Both the position numbers and the translations under genes were made by a program. Below the pieces are notes generated by a model. That model had not been told where the DNA came from. It searched no databases and saw nothing but the letters and a program-made list of their open reading frames with translations. Positions 26,784 to 35,871 of a stretch of 64,000 nucleotides of DNA are shown here, piece by piece. The stretch's first letter is position 1; every line of letters starts with the position of its first letter. Source of the DNA: Deltaproteobacteria bacterium (GTDB lineage: Bacteria > Myxococcota > Myxococcia > SLRQ01). Location: positions 50,956-114,955 of the forward strand of contig JARGFU010000014.1 of NCBI GenBank assembly GCA_029210625.1, in the 5' to 3' direction.

Positions 26784-26880
26784 GTACACGTACACGTACA
26801 CGGCCTTTCCCGAGGTCCCCGGTCTCCACCCCAGGCACAGAGGGGAACCCGTGGACGTGGACGTGGACGTGTACGTGGAC
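26784..26880. repeat. Inverted hexamer arrays in a convergent intergenic region
   Basis: (GTACAC)3 at 26784-26801, and (GTGGAC)3-GTGTAC-GTGGAC at 26851-26880. GTGTAC is the reverse complement of GTACAC. Confidence 0.9.
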
Positions 26881-26890
26881 GACGCGGGCT

Positions 26891-27892
26891 TCAGTCGATC
26901 ACGGCCGGATCGAAGGCGATCCCCAACGCCTCCAACACCCCCACAAAATCCTCCGGCAAGGGCGCCCGCAGATCCAGCTCCTCCCCGCTGATCGGATGCG
27001 CCAGCACCAGCCGGTGGGCGTGGAGCAGCTGCCGCTTCACGCCCAGCTTCACCTTCGCCTCCCGGTTGAAGGGGAAGTCGCCGTGCCGGCGGTCGCCGAC
27101 GATGGGGTGAGCGATGGCGGCCAGGTGGCGCCGCAGCTGGTGGGTCCTCCCCGTGCGAGGCTCGAGCAGGAGCAGGGTGTAGTCGCCCGCGGCGCCGAGG
27201 CGCCGCCACTCGGTGAGGGCGCGCTGGTAGTTCGTCCCCCGCGCGTCCTTCGAGCGCTTGGTCTGCTCGTGCTCCGCCAGGGGCAGATCGATCTTCCCGC
27301 GGTCCTGCGGCATCCGCCCCTTCACCAGCGCGAGGTAGGCCTTCTTCACCGTGCGCTCGGTGAAGGCCTCGGTGAGGGCGACCATGGCCTTGCGGGTGCG
27401 GGCCACGAGGACCAGCCCGCTGGTCTCTCGATCGAGGCGGTGGGCGGGCGAGGGCCGGAAGCCCACGCCCCCCTCCTCCTCCGGCGCCATGGGCCCGGCC
27501 TCGTCGGCGCCCTCGGCCTCGAAGTAGGCGCGCACCTGATCGACGAGGGTCGAGCCGGTGATGCCGGTGCCCGGGTGGATGGCCAGGCCCGCGGGCTTGG
27601 TGACCACCAGCAGATCGGGATCGGTGTGGAGGACCTCGAAGTCGCGGCGGGAGGTGGCCGCGCTGCCCCCCTCGGGCTCCGTCTGGAGGCGCTCGGGATC
27701 GCCCCGCACCACCAGCCGGTCACCCTCCTTCAGGCGGTCGGGCCCCTGGGCCCGCCGATCGTTGAGCCGGACCTTCCGCTTGCGCAGGAGCTTGTGGAGG
27801 TGCGAGAGGGGCACGGTCGGGAGCTCGCGGCGCAGGAACTTGTCGACGCGCAGGCCCTCGTCGTCGGAGCGGATGGTCCAGGAGATGGGCAT
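26891..27892 (-). CDS. RluA-family 23S rRNA pseudouridine synthase (RluC/D-like) with an S4 domain
   Basis: S4-like RVDKFLRRELP...KVRLNDRRA. Catalytic HRLDRETSGLVLVARTRKA. HQLRRHLAAIAHPIVGD. Confidence 0.85.
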   Translation of the reverse strand: MPISWTIRSDDEGLRVDKFLRRELPTVPLSHLHKLLRKRKVRLNDRRAQGPDRLKEGDRLVVRGDPERLQTEPEGGSAATSRRDFEVLHTDPDLLVVTKPAGLAIHPGTGITGSTLVDQVRAYFEAEGADEAGPMAPEEEGGVGFRPSPAHRLDRETSGLVLVARTRKAMVALTEAFTERTVKKAYLALVKGRMPQDRGKIDLPLAEHEQTKRSKDARGTNYQRALTEWRRLGAAGDYTLLLLEPRTGRTHQLRRHLAAIAHPIVGDRRHGDFPFNREAKVKLGVKRQLLHAHRLVLAHPISGEELDLRAPLPEDFVGVLEALGIAFDPAVID

Positions 27893-27909
27893 TCAGGACC
27901 GGACCCCTA

Positions 27910-29970
27910 TCACGCGGCCCGCCTCTGGGGATCCGTGGGGAGGCGCTCGAGGGTCTGCTCACCCCGGGCCTTCAGGCTGCGGGCGTCGGCCACGCTGAGC
28001 GGCGCGCCCCCGAAGCGGGTGGCCTCGTAGCGCGCGAGGAGCCCGCCGAGGGAGCGCAGGACCTCGGGCTCCCCGGGCCAGCGCTCCGCCGCCCGCGCGA
28101 GGAGATCCTCGGTGGTGTCGGAGGGCGCGACCTCGAGGCCCCGGCGGCGAAGGCCCCGCACCCAGCGGCGCAGGAGGGCCGCCGCCCGGCGCTCGGCGGC
28201 CGGGGGCGCCCCCTCCCGGGACGCCTGCGAGCGCAGGGCGTGGCGGAAGAAGAGCGCGAGGAGCACGGCCCCCAGGAGGACCAGCGCCCCGCCGAGGAGG
28301 CGGCCGAGGCCGGGCAGCGAGCCGTCGATCCGCTCGCTGAAGCGCCGGGCCGCCTGCATCATGTCGCGCACCATGCCGATCTGAGCCCGGATGTCGTAGT
28401 CGAGGACGAGGGTCGACCAGCGCTCCTGGGTGGCGTCCCAGAGATCGGCCAGGCGCTCCTGCCACCCCTGCCCGCGCTGGGTGCCGCGCCCCTCGGCCGG
28501 CGTCGGATCGTAGCGCACCCAGCCGGCGCCCTCGCGCCAGACCTCGACCCAGGCGTGGGCGTCGGCCTGCCGCAGGATCTGGTAGCCCCCGCTCTCGTTC
28601 CACGCGCCGCTGTAGAAGCCGGTGGCCAGCCGGGCCGGCACCCCGGAGAGGCGCAGCAGGACGGCCATGGCGGTGGCGAAGTACTCGCAGTGTCCCTCCT
28701 TCCGCTCGAGGAGGAAGTTGGCGAGGGAGGGATCGGCGCCGGGCAGCTCGAGGGTGTAGCCGAACTCGGAGGAGAGGTGCCCCTCGAGGTAGGCCGGGAG
28801 GCGCTCGGGGCTGCCCGCCTCGCGCAGGAGCCGGCGGGCCAGCTCCACCACCCGGGGATCCTGCTCGGGCAGCGCCAGCTCGGCCTCGGTGGGCGGGCGC
28901 CGGTCGATGGGCGCGGCGCTCTTCGGCAGGAGGACCGTGTAGCGCCAGGGCTCGGTGGGATCGCCGACCGTGCGCAGCTCGGCGGCCCGCACGCCGCGCA
29001 TCATCCCGAAGCGGCCCCGGCCGTCGCGGCCGTCGAGGCGCACCCAGGTCGCGGCGTCCGGCACCGGCAGGACGGTGGTCGGCAGATCCGAGACGACCTC
29101 CACGGCCAGCTCGCGCTCCGCCGAGAGCTGGGGCTCGGGGATGCGCAGCACGGCCCGGGTGGGATCGCCCAGCTCCTCCACCGGGCTCGCGCTCCAGCTC
29201 TCGCCGTCGTAGCGCTCCAGGGCGTGGGCGCGCCAGTAGAGGCCCTCCAACCGCTTGCGGGCGGCGTCCCCCACCGGCCGCACCCGCAGGACGACCCGAT
29301 CGTCGAGCTTGATCCGGCCGAAGCCGGCCAGCCGCACCCGATCCGAGAGCCCGGACCCCTGCGCGGCCGCCGGGCGGCGGAAGCCCAGGGAGATCGGCGT
29401 GCGGGGGAAGATCACGAAGAGGACCGTGGTGCCCAGCAGCGCCACCAGGGTCATGCCCACCACGCCGAGGACGAAGCGGCGCCCGACGATCTCCCGCACC
29501 GGCAGGGCGAGGGCCGCGTCCCCCGCCTCACGGCGAAGCTGGGCCAGCAGGAGGGCCCAGACCAGGGCGAAGACGAAGGGGATGAAGGTGAGGAGATAGG
29601 TCACGTCCGGCGAGAGGGCCGCGGCGCCGGCGAGCACGACCACCGAGAGGAGGTGCGCCTGGGCGTGATCCTCGACCGACTCCCGGGCCAGCACCCGCGC
29701 CGCCAGCAGCAGGCTGGAGAAGGTCCCGGCGACCACGACCAGGTCCATGCCGCGCAGGAAGCCCAGCAGGAGGAGCGGCAGGGCGGTGAGCGCGGTGGCC
29801 AGGACGAGTCGAGAGGGCAGGCGCCCCTCCGGCACGAAGTAGGCGGCCACCAGCACCGCGCCGATGAGGGCGACGAAGAGGGGGTGGAGGAAGCCGCCCA
29901 CCGCGACCGAGGCGAAGGCGAGGCCGCCGGTGAGCACGGTGGCCAGCCGCAGGGCCTTGCCCAGGCTCAC
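27910..29970 (-). CDS. Membrane transglutaminase-like protein (DUF3488 + TGase core)
   Basis: Multi-TM N-terminus. EGHCEYFATAMAVLLRLSGVPARLATGF...ADAHAWVEVW...YDPTP gives a Cys-His-Asp core. Confidence 0.85.
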   Translation of the reverse strand: MSLGKALRLATVLTGGLAFASVAVGGFLHPLFVALIGAVLVAAYFVPEGRLPSRLVLATALTALPLLLLGFLRGMDLVVVAGTFSSLLLAARVLARESVEDHAQAHLLSVVVLAGAAALSPDVTYLLTFIPFVFALVWALLLAQLRREAGDAALALPVREIVGRRFVLGVVGMTLVALLGTTVLFVIFPRTPISLGFRRPAAAQGSGLSDRVRLAGFGRIKLDDRVVLRVRPVGDAARKRLEGLYWRAHALERYDGESWSASPVEELGDPTRAVLRIPEPQLSAERELAVEVVSDLPTTVLPVPDAATWVRLDGRDGRGRFGMMRGVRAAELRTVGDPTEPWRYTVLLPKSAAPIDRRPPTEAELALPEQDPRVVELARRLLREAGSPERLPAYLEGHLSSEFGYTLELPGADPSLANFLLERKEGHCEYFATAMAVLLRLSGVPARLATGFYSGAWNESGGYQILRQADAHAWVEVWREGAGWVRYDPTPAEGRGTQRGQGWQERLADLWDATQERWSTLVLDYDIRAQIGMVRDMMQAARRFSERIDGSLPGLGRLLGGALVLLGAVLLALFFRHALRSQASREGAPPAAERRAAALLRRWVRGLRRRGLEVAPSDTTEDLLARAAERWPGEPEVLRSLGGLLARYEATRFGGAPLSVADARSLKARGEQTLERLPTDPQRRAA

Positions 29971-30968
29971 GCCGCCACCTCCCGGTCGCCCCCACCCCGC
30001 GGCGCCCCGGCCCGGGGCAGCAGGGCCAGCGTCGAGAGGAGCCGCCGCCGGTGGGCCCGCCCCTCTCCCGGCCCGAGGCTCGAGGAGGGGGTGTCCAGGG
30101 CGACCGCGTCCCCCTGCTGGAGGTGGGCCTCGAGGGTGGAGGCCGCGTCCCGGATGGCGGCCTCGTAGGCCGCGTCGTCTCCCTCGGGGCCCCGCAGGAC
30201 GAGGCGCACCTGCCCGCCGGTGGAGAGCTCCCGCTCCACGATGAGCAGGGTCCCCATCCGCAGGGAGCGGCGCCAGTGGATCTGGCGGGCCTCGTCGCCG
30301 AGGCGGTAGGGCCGCAGGGCGTGCAGCTCGTCACCGCTCCCGGCCCGCGGGCGGCTGGCGGCCAGCGCCCGGCTGCGGGCGACCGGCTCGAGGCGGGTGG
30401 CGCGGCCCCGCCCGGGCCAGACCAGGAGGGTGGTGCCCTCGCGCAGGTGGCGGGTCTTGGCGAAGATCCCGAAGGGGTAGCGGGTGGTGACCCGCAGCAC
30501 GCCCAGCTTCAGCTCCCCCCGCCGCTCGGCCTTGACCCGCAGGCGCAGGTTCCGGGAGGAGGAGGCGGGCAGGTGGAAGAGCGTGGCCTCCTCGACGGAG
30601 TAGCCCTCGCCGGGCTCGGCGGTGAAGCGCAGCCCGATGGAGGGGAAGAGGCGGTTGCCGTTGTGCACCTCCAGCCCGACCAGGGTGGGCTCGCCGGCGC
30701 GGATCTCGGGAGGCAGGCGCAGACGCAGGGAGATGCGCTTGAGCGCCGACTCGGAGAGCAGCCCCGAGAGGACGATCAGGGCCAGCAGCACGCCGAGGGC
30801 CAGGAAGAGGAGGTTGTTGCCGGTGTTCACCGCGGCGAAGCCGACCCCGAAGGTGAGGCCGATGTAGTAACGGCCCTCCCGGGTCACCTTCAGGGAGCGG
30901 GGCGGCCGCAGGAAGCGGCGCAAGGCCCTCCACCCGGTCCGCCAGCGGCTCTCGAGCACCCTGGACAC
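29967..30968 (-). CDS. DUF58 domain protein
   Basis: Two N-terminal TM segments. LRPYRLGDEARQIHWRRSLRMGTLLIVERE signature. Overlaps the TGase start by 4 nt. Confidence 0.8.
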   Translation of the reverse strand: MSRVLESRWRTGWRALRRFLRPPRSLKVTREGRYYIGLTFGVGFAAVNTGNNLLFLALGVLLALIVLSGLLSESALKRISLRLRLPPEIRAGEPTLVGLEVHNGNRLFPSIGLRFTAEPGEGYSVEEATLFHLPASSSRNLRLRVKAERRGELKLGVLRVTTRYPFGIFAKTRHLREGTTLLVWPGRGRATRLEPVARSRALAASRPRAGSGDELHALRPYRLGDEARQIHWRRSLRMGTLLIVERELSTGGQVRLVLRGPEGDDAAYEAAIRDAASTLEAHLQQGDAVALDTPSSSLGPGEGRAHRRRLLSTLALLPRAGAPRGGGDREVAA

Positions 30969-30975
30969 CTCGTCT

Positions 30976-31950
30976 CTAGGTGGGGACCGGCACCTCGGTC
31001 ACCAGGCTCTCCAGGAGGGCCTCGGACTGGGCGCGGGTGGGATCCTCGCCGGAGGCCAGCACCAGGCGGTGGGCCCAGCAGGGCCTCGCGAGGGCCTTCA
31101 CGTCGGCGGGGGTGACGTAGTTGCGGCCGCGCAGGAGCGCCCGTCCCCGGGCGAGGCGGGTGAGGGCCAGGGTCGCGCGGGTCGAGGCGCCCGCGGCGAT
31201 CTCGCCGCTCTGCCGGGTGGCCTCGGCGAGGTGCAGGACGTACTCGGCCACCGAGCGCTCGACCCGCACGTGATCGACCTCCTTGCGCAGGGCGAGGACC
31301 TCCTCGGCGGAGCTCACCGGCTCGAGCGCCGCGACCGGATCGCCGCCCTCCCGGGAGATGAGCAGCCGGCGCTCGTCCTCGGGCGAGGGGTAGCCCACCG
31401 AGAGGCGCAGCATGAAGCGATCGAGCTGGGACTCGGGCAGGGGGTAGGTGCCGTAGTGCTCCAGGGGGTTCTGGGTGGCGATGACCAGGAAGGGATCCGG
31501 CAGGGCGTGGGTCTTGCCGTCGACGGTGACCCGCCCGTCGCTCATCGCCTCGAGCAGGCTGGACTGGGTGCGGGGGCTGGTGCGGTTGAGCTCGTCGGCC
31601 AGCACCACGCTGGCGAAGACCGGCCCCGGCGCGAAGCGCAGCGTGCCGTCCATCTTCCCGGCCTCGGGCACCGCCGAGCCGACGATGTCGGCCGGGAGCA
31701 GATCCGAGGTGAACTGGATGCGGGAGAATGGGAGGCCCAGGCTGCGGGCGAGGGCGTGGGCCAGGGTGGTCTTGCCGACGCCGGGCACGTCCTCGAGCAG
31801 GACGTGGCCCCCGGCGAGGAGGGCCAGCAGACACAGCTCGACGGCCTCGGCCTTGCCGACCACCGCGCGGGCGACGCTCTCGCTGACCCGCTGGGCGAAC
31901 TGCTGCACCTCGAGGAGCTCTTTCTTCGCAGCGACTTGCACGGTCACCAC
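30976..31950 (-). CDS. MoxR-like AAA+ ATPase
   Basis: GHVLLEDVPGVGKTTLAHALARSLG (Walker A); VVLADELNRTSPRTQSSLLEAM (Walker B). GTG 31950 shares 1 nt with the upstream TAG. The track start at 32145 is rejected. Confidence 0.85.
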   Translation of the reverse strand: MVTVQVAAKKELLEVQQFAQRVSESVARAVVGKAEAVELCLLALLAGGHVLLEDVPGVGKTTLAHALARSLGLPFSRIQFTSDLLPADIVGSAVPEAGKMDGTLRFAPGPVFASVVLADELNRTSPRTQSSLLEAMSDGRVTVDGKTHALPDPFLVIATQNPLEHYGTYPLPESQLDRFMLRLSVGYPSPEDERRLLISREGGDPVAALEPVSSAEEVLALRKEVDHVRVERSVAEYVLHLAEATRQSGEIAAGASTRATLALTRLARGRALLRGRNYVTPADVKALARPCWAHRLVLASGEDPTRAQSEALLESLVTEVPVPT

Positions 31951-32891
31951 TATAGACCGTCGGGAGGGCCGCGCTCTTCCCGGAGGTCGAGGACGAAGGC
32001 GTCGATGGGCTCTCCCCGGGCGGGGCTCACCGCCACCCGGCGCGCGGCCGGCTGGAAGCCCGCCCCCAGGAAGAGGCCGCGGGAGGCCAGGTTGTCCCGG
32101 GCGATCTCGGCGTGGAGGCTCTCGAGCCCCTCCTCCCGGGCCCACTGGATCGCGGCCGCGAGGAGCGCCCGACCGAAGCCCCGCCCCCTTATCAGCGGTC
32201 GCAGCTGGATCTGGAGGAGCCCCCTCCCCTCTCGCCGCAGCAGGCGCAGCCCGCCCAGCGCGCGCCGGCCGCCGCCGCCCGCCTCGACCACCCAGAAGTG
32301 GCTCGCCTCGGCGGCGGGGGGCGCCTCCTCGCTGACCACCGCCTCACGCCAGAGGCCGAGGGCGGAGAGCCCCTGCAGGTCGGCGGGCTCGAGGCGCTCG
32401 AGGCGCCGCAGGTGCAGCCCGGCCGGCCGCGACGCCCGGGCCTCCAGGCCCTCCCGCAGCCGGCGCAGCGCGGGCAGCACCCGTGGGTGGGAGAGGGCCC
32501 CCGAGATCCGCTGCAGGGTTCGCCCCACCCCGGGGGAGAGGGCGAGCCGGGTGCGCAGGCGCCCACCCCCGCCGGCCGGGTCGGGCACCCAGACCCCCAC
32601 CACCCGCTCCAGGGGGATCCGCTCGATCCCGGCCCCGGGCCGGTCGGCGCGAAGCAAGAGGGCGCCCTCGGCGAGGCCGACCACCCGGTGGGCCAGCCAG
32701 CCCTCCTCGGTCTCGTAGACCGCGACCTCCCCGCGCCGCGGCGTCCGCGCCTCGACGCTCAGGGGCTGCCCCGGCACCAGCAGGGGCGCCATCGAGACCC
32801 CCGCGAGGTAGAGCCGGGCCCGCCCCTGCTCCCGCAGGCCGAGGCGCAGCGCCCGGTGGAGGCGACGGATCCGGGGGCGGCTCGAGCTCAT
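31950..32891 (-). CDS. Fusion of a SipW/Sec11-type (S26B-like) peptidase domain and a GNAT acetyltransferase domain
   Basis: N-terminal GVSMAPLLVPGQ...GEVAVYETEEGWLAHRVVG (Ser motif plus HRV His motif), with no TM segment. C-terminal IRGRGFGRALLAAAIQWAREEG...ARDNLASRGLFLGAGF (GNAT motif A). Confidence 0.6.
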   Translation of the reverse strand: MSSSRPRIRRLHRALRLGLREQGRARLYLAGVSMAPLLVPGQPLSVEARTPRRGEVAVYETEEGWLAHRVVGLAEGALLLRADRPGAGIERIPLERVVGVWVPDPAGGGGRLRTRLALSPGVGRTLQRISGALSHPRVLPALRRLREGLEARASRPAGLHLRRLERLEPADLQGLSALGLWREAVVSEEAPPAAEASHFWVVEAGGGGRRALGGLRLLRREGRGLLQIQLRPLIRGRGFGRALLAAAIQWAREEGLESLHAEIARDNLASRGLFLGAGFQPAARRVAVSPARGEPIDAFVLDLREERGPPDGL

Positions 32892-34856
32892 TCAGGGTCC
32901 GCAGGGGAGGCCATCGGGCGCGACGACCTCCCGCGCCTCCCGCAGGCAGCCCTGCACGTCCCGGGCGAGGGCCGGGGTCCCGGGATCGCCCCGGTCGTCC
33001 TGCACGCTCCAGGTCAGGGGGAGCTGCCAGGGGCGGTTCGGATCCGAGCTGACGCCGGCCCGCTGGGTGATGCCCAGGGAGACCTGGAGCCCGGTGGCCT
33101 CGTCCCGGAAGTAGGGCTCCCAGGCCAGCTCGGGGAAGCCGGTGCTCGAGAGCCACTGCTGCCAGAACCAGCCCAGGTCCGCCCCGGCCTCGGCCTCCGC
33201 CGCGGCGGTGAAGGCGTCGGTGCTGGTGTCGGCGAAGCGGGTGGCCGCGGCGTACGCCCCCAGCGCCCGATCGAAGGCCTCCCGTCCGAGGGCGGACTCG
33301 AGGTGGCGCAGCACCCAGGCCCCCTTCAGGTAGAAGACGTAGTCCTGCAGCTGGCCGGGATCCTGGGGCCGCACCGGCACGTCCCGCCCGGGCTGGCCGC
33401 CGTAGCCGTTGTCGACCAGCTCCAGCAGGAGGGTCAGATCCTCTCCGGCGTGCGCGCGGGCGGCGTCGGGGCCGGCGAGCAGCTCCAGGGCGCGGTGCGC
33501 GCAGTAGTCGGCCAGCCCCTCGATGAGCCAGGCGTCGCGCAGGTCGGCGACGAAGCTCGCGTGGGCCCACCATGCGTGGGAGAGCTCGTGGGCGAGGAGG
33601 AAGCGGGACCAGGTGCTCGGGGCCTGATCCCAGCGCACCGTCGGCAGGAGCACGAGCCCGGGACCCGAGTAGCCCACCCCGAAGGCGTCCGGCACCTGCA
33701 CCATCGCGATCTCACCCCCGGGGAGGGGGCCGAAGCGCTCGACGTAGAAGGCGAGCACCGTGGCGAGCTCGGCGGTGTGCTGGACCAGATCGGGGCCGCC
33801 GCTGGCGAGCGCCGCCAGGGTCAGGCCTCCCGGCCCGCCGGCCTCCTGGTAGGCGCCGGCGGCGAGGAGGGGCCAGGCTCGCAGGGGCTGGGAGAGCTCG
33901 CGGGTGGTGACGCTGCGCCCGGCGCCGGCGGCCACCCGATCGACCTCGCTGCCCCCGGTGTGCACCCGGAAGGCGTCCGGCGCCTCGACGGCGATGCTGA
34001 AGGTGATGGCGCCCGAGGGGAGGTCGGCGGGCCGGGGGAACCAATCCACGCCGTCGCCGGCGTAGACCAGCTCGGCGGTGGCGTCGGCCACGGTGCGCCC
34101 GCTGCGGCTCTGGGAGAAGCTGGCCACCCGCCAGTCGATCTCGAGGGTGACGGTCGAGCCGGCGGGGCGGCTGAAGGCGAGGTCCACCGTGACGCCGTCG
34201 GGGCCCGGCGCGAAGGTGAGCGGCGCGCCGCTGCCGTCGCGCACGGCCGAGACGGTGCCGAGCACCCCCAGCTCCAGCGCCGTGAGCGCGACCAGCGGCT
34301 CGAAGGTCAGCCTCGCGGTGCCCACCAGATCGTCCCCCGAGGGGTCGAGGAGGGAGAGGTCGAGCTGCACCGCGCGCATCTCCAGTTGCTGGGGCGGCCA
34401 GGCCGGATCGATGGTCCAGGTGAAGCCCGCCGGGGAGTCCAGGCCCTGGCTCTCGCTGCCGGTGCCGGCGGGCCAGTGGACCGGGCCGCGCAGCTCGCCG
34501 TTCACCGCGCGCACGCCGACCCGCTCGGTCTTCTTCGGCAGCTCGAGGCGCGTCTCGCCCTCGGCCAGGGGCGTCGTGAAGGTCTCGCCCTCCTTCACCA
34601 GGATCGCCTCCCAGCGCTCGGCGACGCTCTCGAGGGGCGGATCGAAGGTGAGCACCTCGCCGTCGCTCTCCACGGTCGGCGCCAGCAAGCCCGGCGCGGC
34701 GCCGAAGGGCACCCGGGCGTCCGGGTCGAGGCGCACCACCACGCCCTCGTAGAGCTCGCCGGCGGGCTCCAGCTCCAGCTTCGGGCCGCAGGCCGCGATC
34801 CCCAGGAGCACCGTCACGAGAAGAACGGTCTTCAGCTCATCCACGTCCCACCCCAT
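32892..34856 (-). CDS. M1-family zinc metallopeptidase lipoprotein
   Basis: LLGIAACG lipobox. HELSHAWW plus E exactly 18 residues later (WLIEGLADY), which is HEXXH-X18-E. No canonical GAMEN motif. Stop is adjacent to the next start (TGAATG). Confidence 0.8.
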   Translation of the reverse strand: MGWDVDELKTVLLVTVLLGIAACGPKLELEPAGELYEGVVVRLDPDARVPFGAAPGLLAPTVESDGEVLTFDPPLESVAERWEAILVKEGETFTTPLAEGETRLELPKKTERVGVRAVNGELRGPVHWPAGTGSESQGLDSPAGFTWTIDPAWPPQQLEMRAVQLDLSLLDPSGDDLVGTARLTFEPLVALTALELGVLGTVSAVRDGSGAPLTFAPGPDGVTVDLAFSRPAGSTVTLEIDWRVASFSQSRSGRTVADATAELVYAGDGVDWFPRPADLPSGAITFSIAVEAPDAFRVHTGGSEVDRVAAGAGRSVTTRELSQPLRAWPLLAAGAYQEAGGPGGLTLAALASGGPDLVQHTAELATVLAFYVERFGPLPGGEIAMVQVPDAFGVGYSGPGLVLLPTVRWDQAPSTWSRFLLAHELSHAWWAHASFVADLRDAWLIEGLADYCAHRALELLAGPDAARAHAGEDLTLLLELVDNGYGGQPGRDVPVRPQDPGQLQDYVFYLKGAWVLRHLESALGREAFDRALGAYAAATRFADTSTDAFTAAAEAEAGADLGWFWQQWLSSTGFPELAWEPYFRDEATGLQVSLGITQRAGVSSDPNRPWQLPLTWSVQDDRGDPGTPALARDVQGCLREAREVVAPDGLPCGP

Positions 34857-35871
34857 CCTCTCCCACCGAGGCGAAGGCCTCGTCGAAGTCTCGCTCGAAG
34901 GTCTCCCGGAAGATCATCTGGCTCGCGACCAGCCGCCGCTCCTGCTCCCGGCTCGAGAGCAGCGCGTCGAGGCGGCGGGTCGCCTCGGGATCCGATAGCA
35001 GCTCCACACAGGTCTTGCACACCGGCACCTCGCTCGAGGTCTCCCGCCCCAGGCAGGCGGCCAGCGCCCGCGGCCCCAGCGCGGCGACCCCGGCCAGGAC
35101 CCGATCGTGGCGGGCGGCCTGAAGCGCGGCGCCCGGATCGTCGCCGGCGGCGAGGTCCGCCAGCACGTAGGCGCTCTCGGGGCCGCAGTCGAGGGTCGGC
35201 CCGCAGCAGGCCCGGAGCACGCCCCGGTAGTCGAGGGAGAGGAAGCGCAGGTTGGAGCAGCCCCCCTCGGTCGCCGCCTCGCTCCCCCCGAAGAGCTCCG
35301 GGGGGAGCCGCTCCGCGCGCCCGAAGGGAGAGAGCTCGGCCCGGAAGAGATCGACCCCGGCGGCGCGCAGGCGGCGGGTGGCCTCGGCGACGGCGGGCTC
35401 CCCGGGGCGGCCGGTGAGCTGGACGATGACCGGCAGCCCCGCGGCCTGGCAGAGGCGCGCCGCCGAGATGACCAGCTCCAGCCCCCCGAAGGGGGCGTGG
35501 TGGGCGTCGTGGGAGAGGTTCACGAGCACCACCCCGGCCTCGCGGAACGCCGCCAGGGTGCGGGCCGCCTCCCCGGGCTCCCGGGCGAAGTCCCCGGCCG
35601 AGACGACGCTCACCGGCACCCGGCCGCCCACCTGCCGGGCCAGGGCGACCACCAGCTCGGGCTCGAGGAAGGGCTCACCCCCGGTGAGGCTCACCGCTCG
35701 CACGTGGGGGAGGATGGCCTCCAGGCCGGGCAGGGCCCAGGCGAGGTCCAGCCGCTCCTCCCGCTTCGGACCGGAGCGGGTGTAGCAGTGGGCGCAGGCG
35801 AAGGGGCAGCGGGCGGTCACCAGCACCGCGAGGCCGGTGAACTCCAGGAAGGGCGGCCGCTCAGCCGGCAT
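34837..35871 (-). CDS. Radical SAM enzyme with a Twitch/SPASM-like C-terminal Cys motif (rSAM E)
   Basis: TARCPFACAHCYT (CX3CX2C); TGGEPFLEPE; C-terminal CSNLRFLSLDYRGVLRAC (CX11GX4C) followed by C, then CKTC. ATG 35871 verified; it overlaps the upstream gene by 11 nt. Confidence 0.8.
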   Translation of the reverse strand: MPAERPPFLEFTGLAVLVTARCPFACAHCYTRSGPKREERLDLAWALPGLEAILPHVRAVSLTGGEPFLEPELVVALARQVGGRVPVSVVSAGDFAREPGEAARTLAAFREAGVVLVNLSHDAHHAPFGGLELVISAARLCQAAGLPVIVQLTGRPGEPAVAEATRRLRAAGVDLFRAELSPFGRAERLPPELFGGSEAATEGGCSNLRFLSLDYRGVLRACCGPTLDCGPESAYVLADLAAGDDPGAALQAARHDRVLAGVAALGPRALAACLGRETSSEVPVCKTCVELLSDPEATRRLDALLSSREQERRLVASQMIFRETFERDFDEAFASVGEDGVGRG

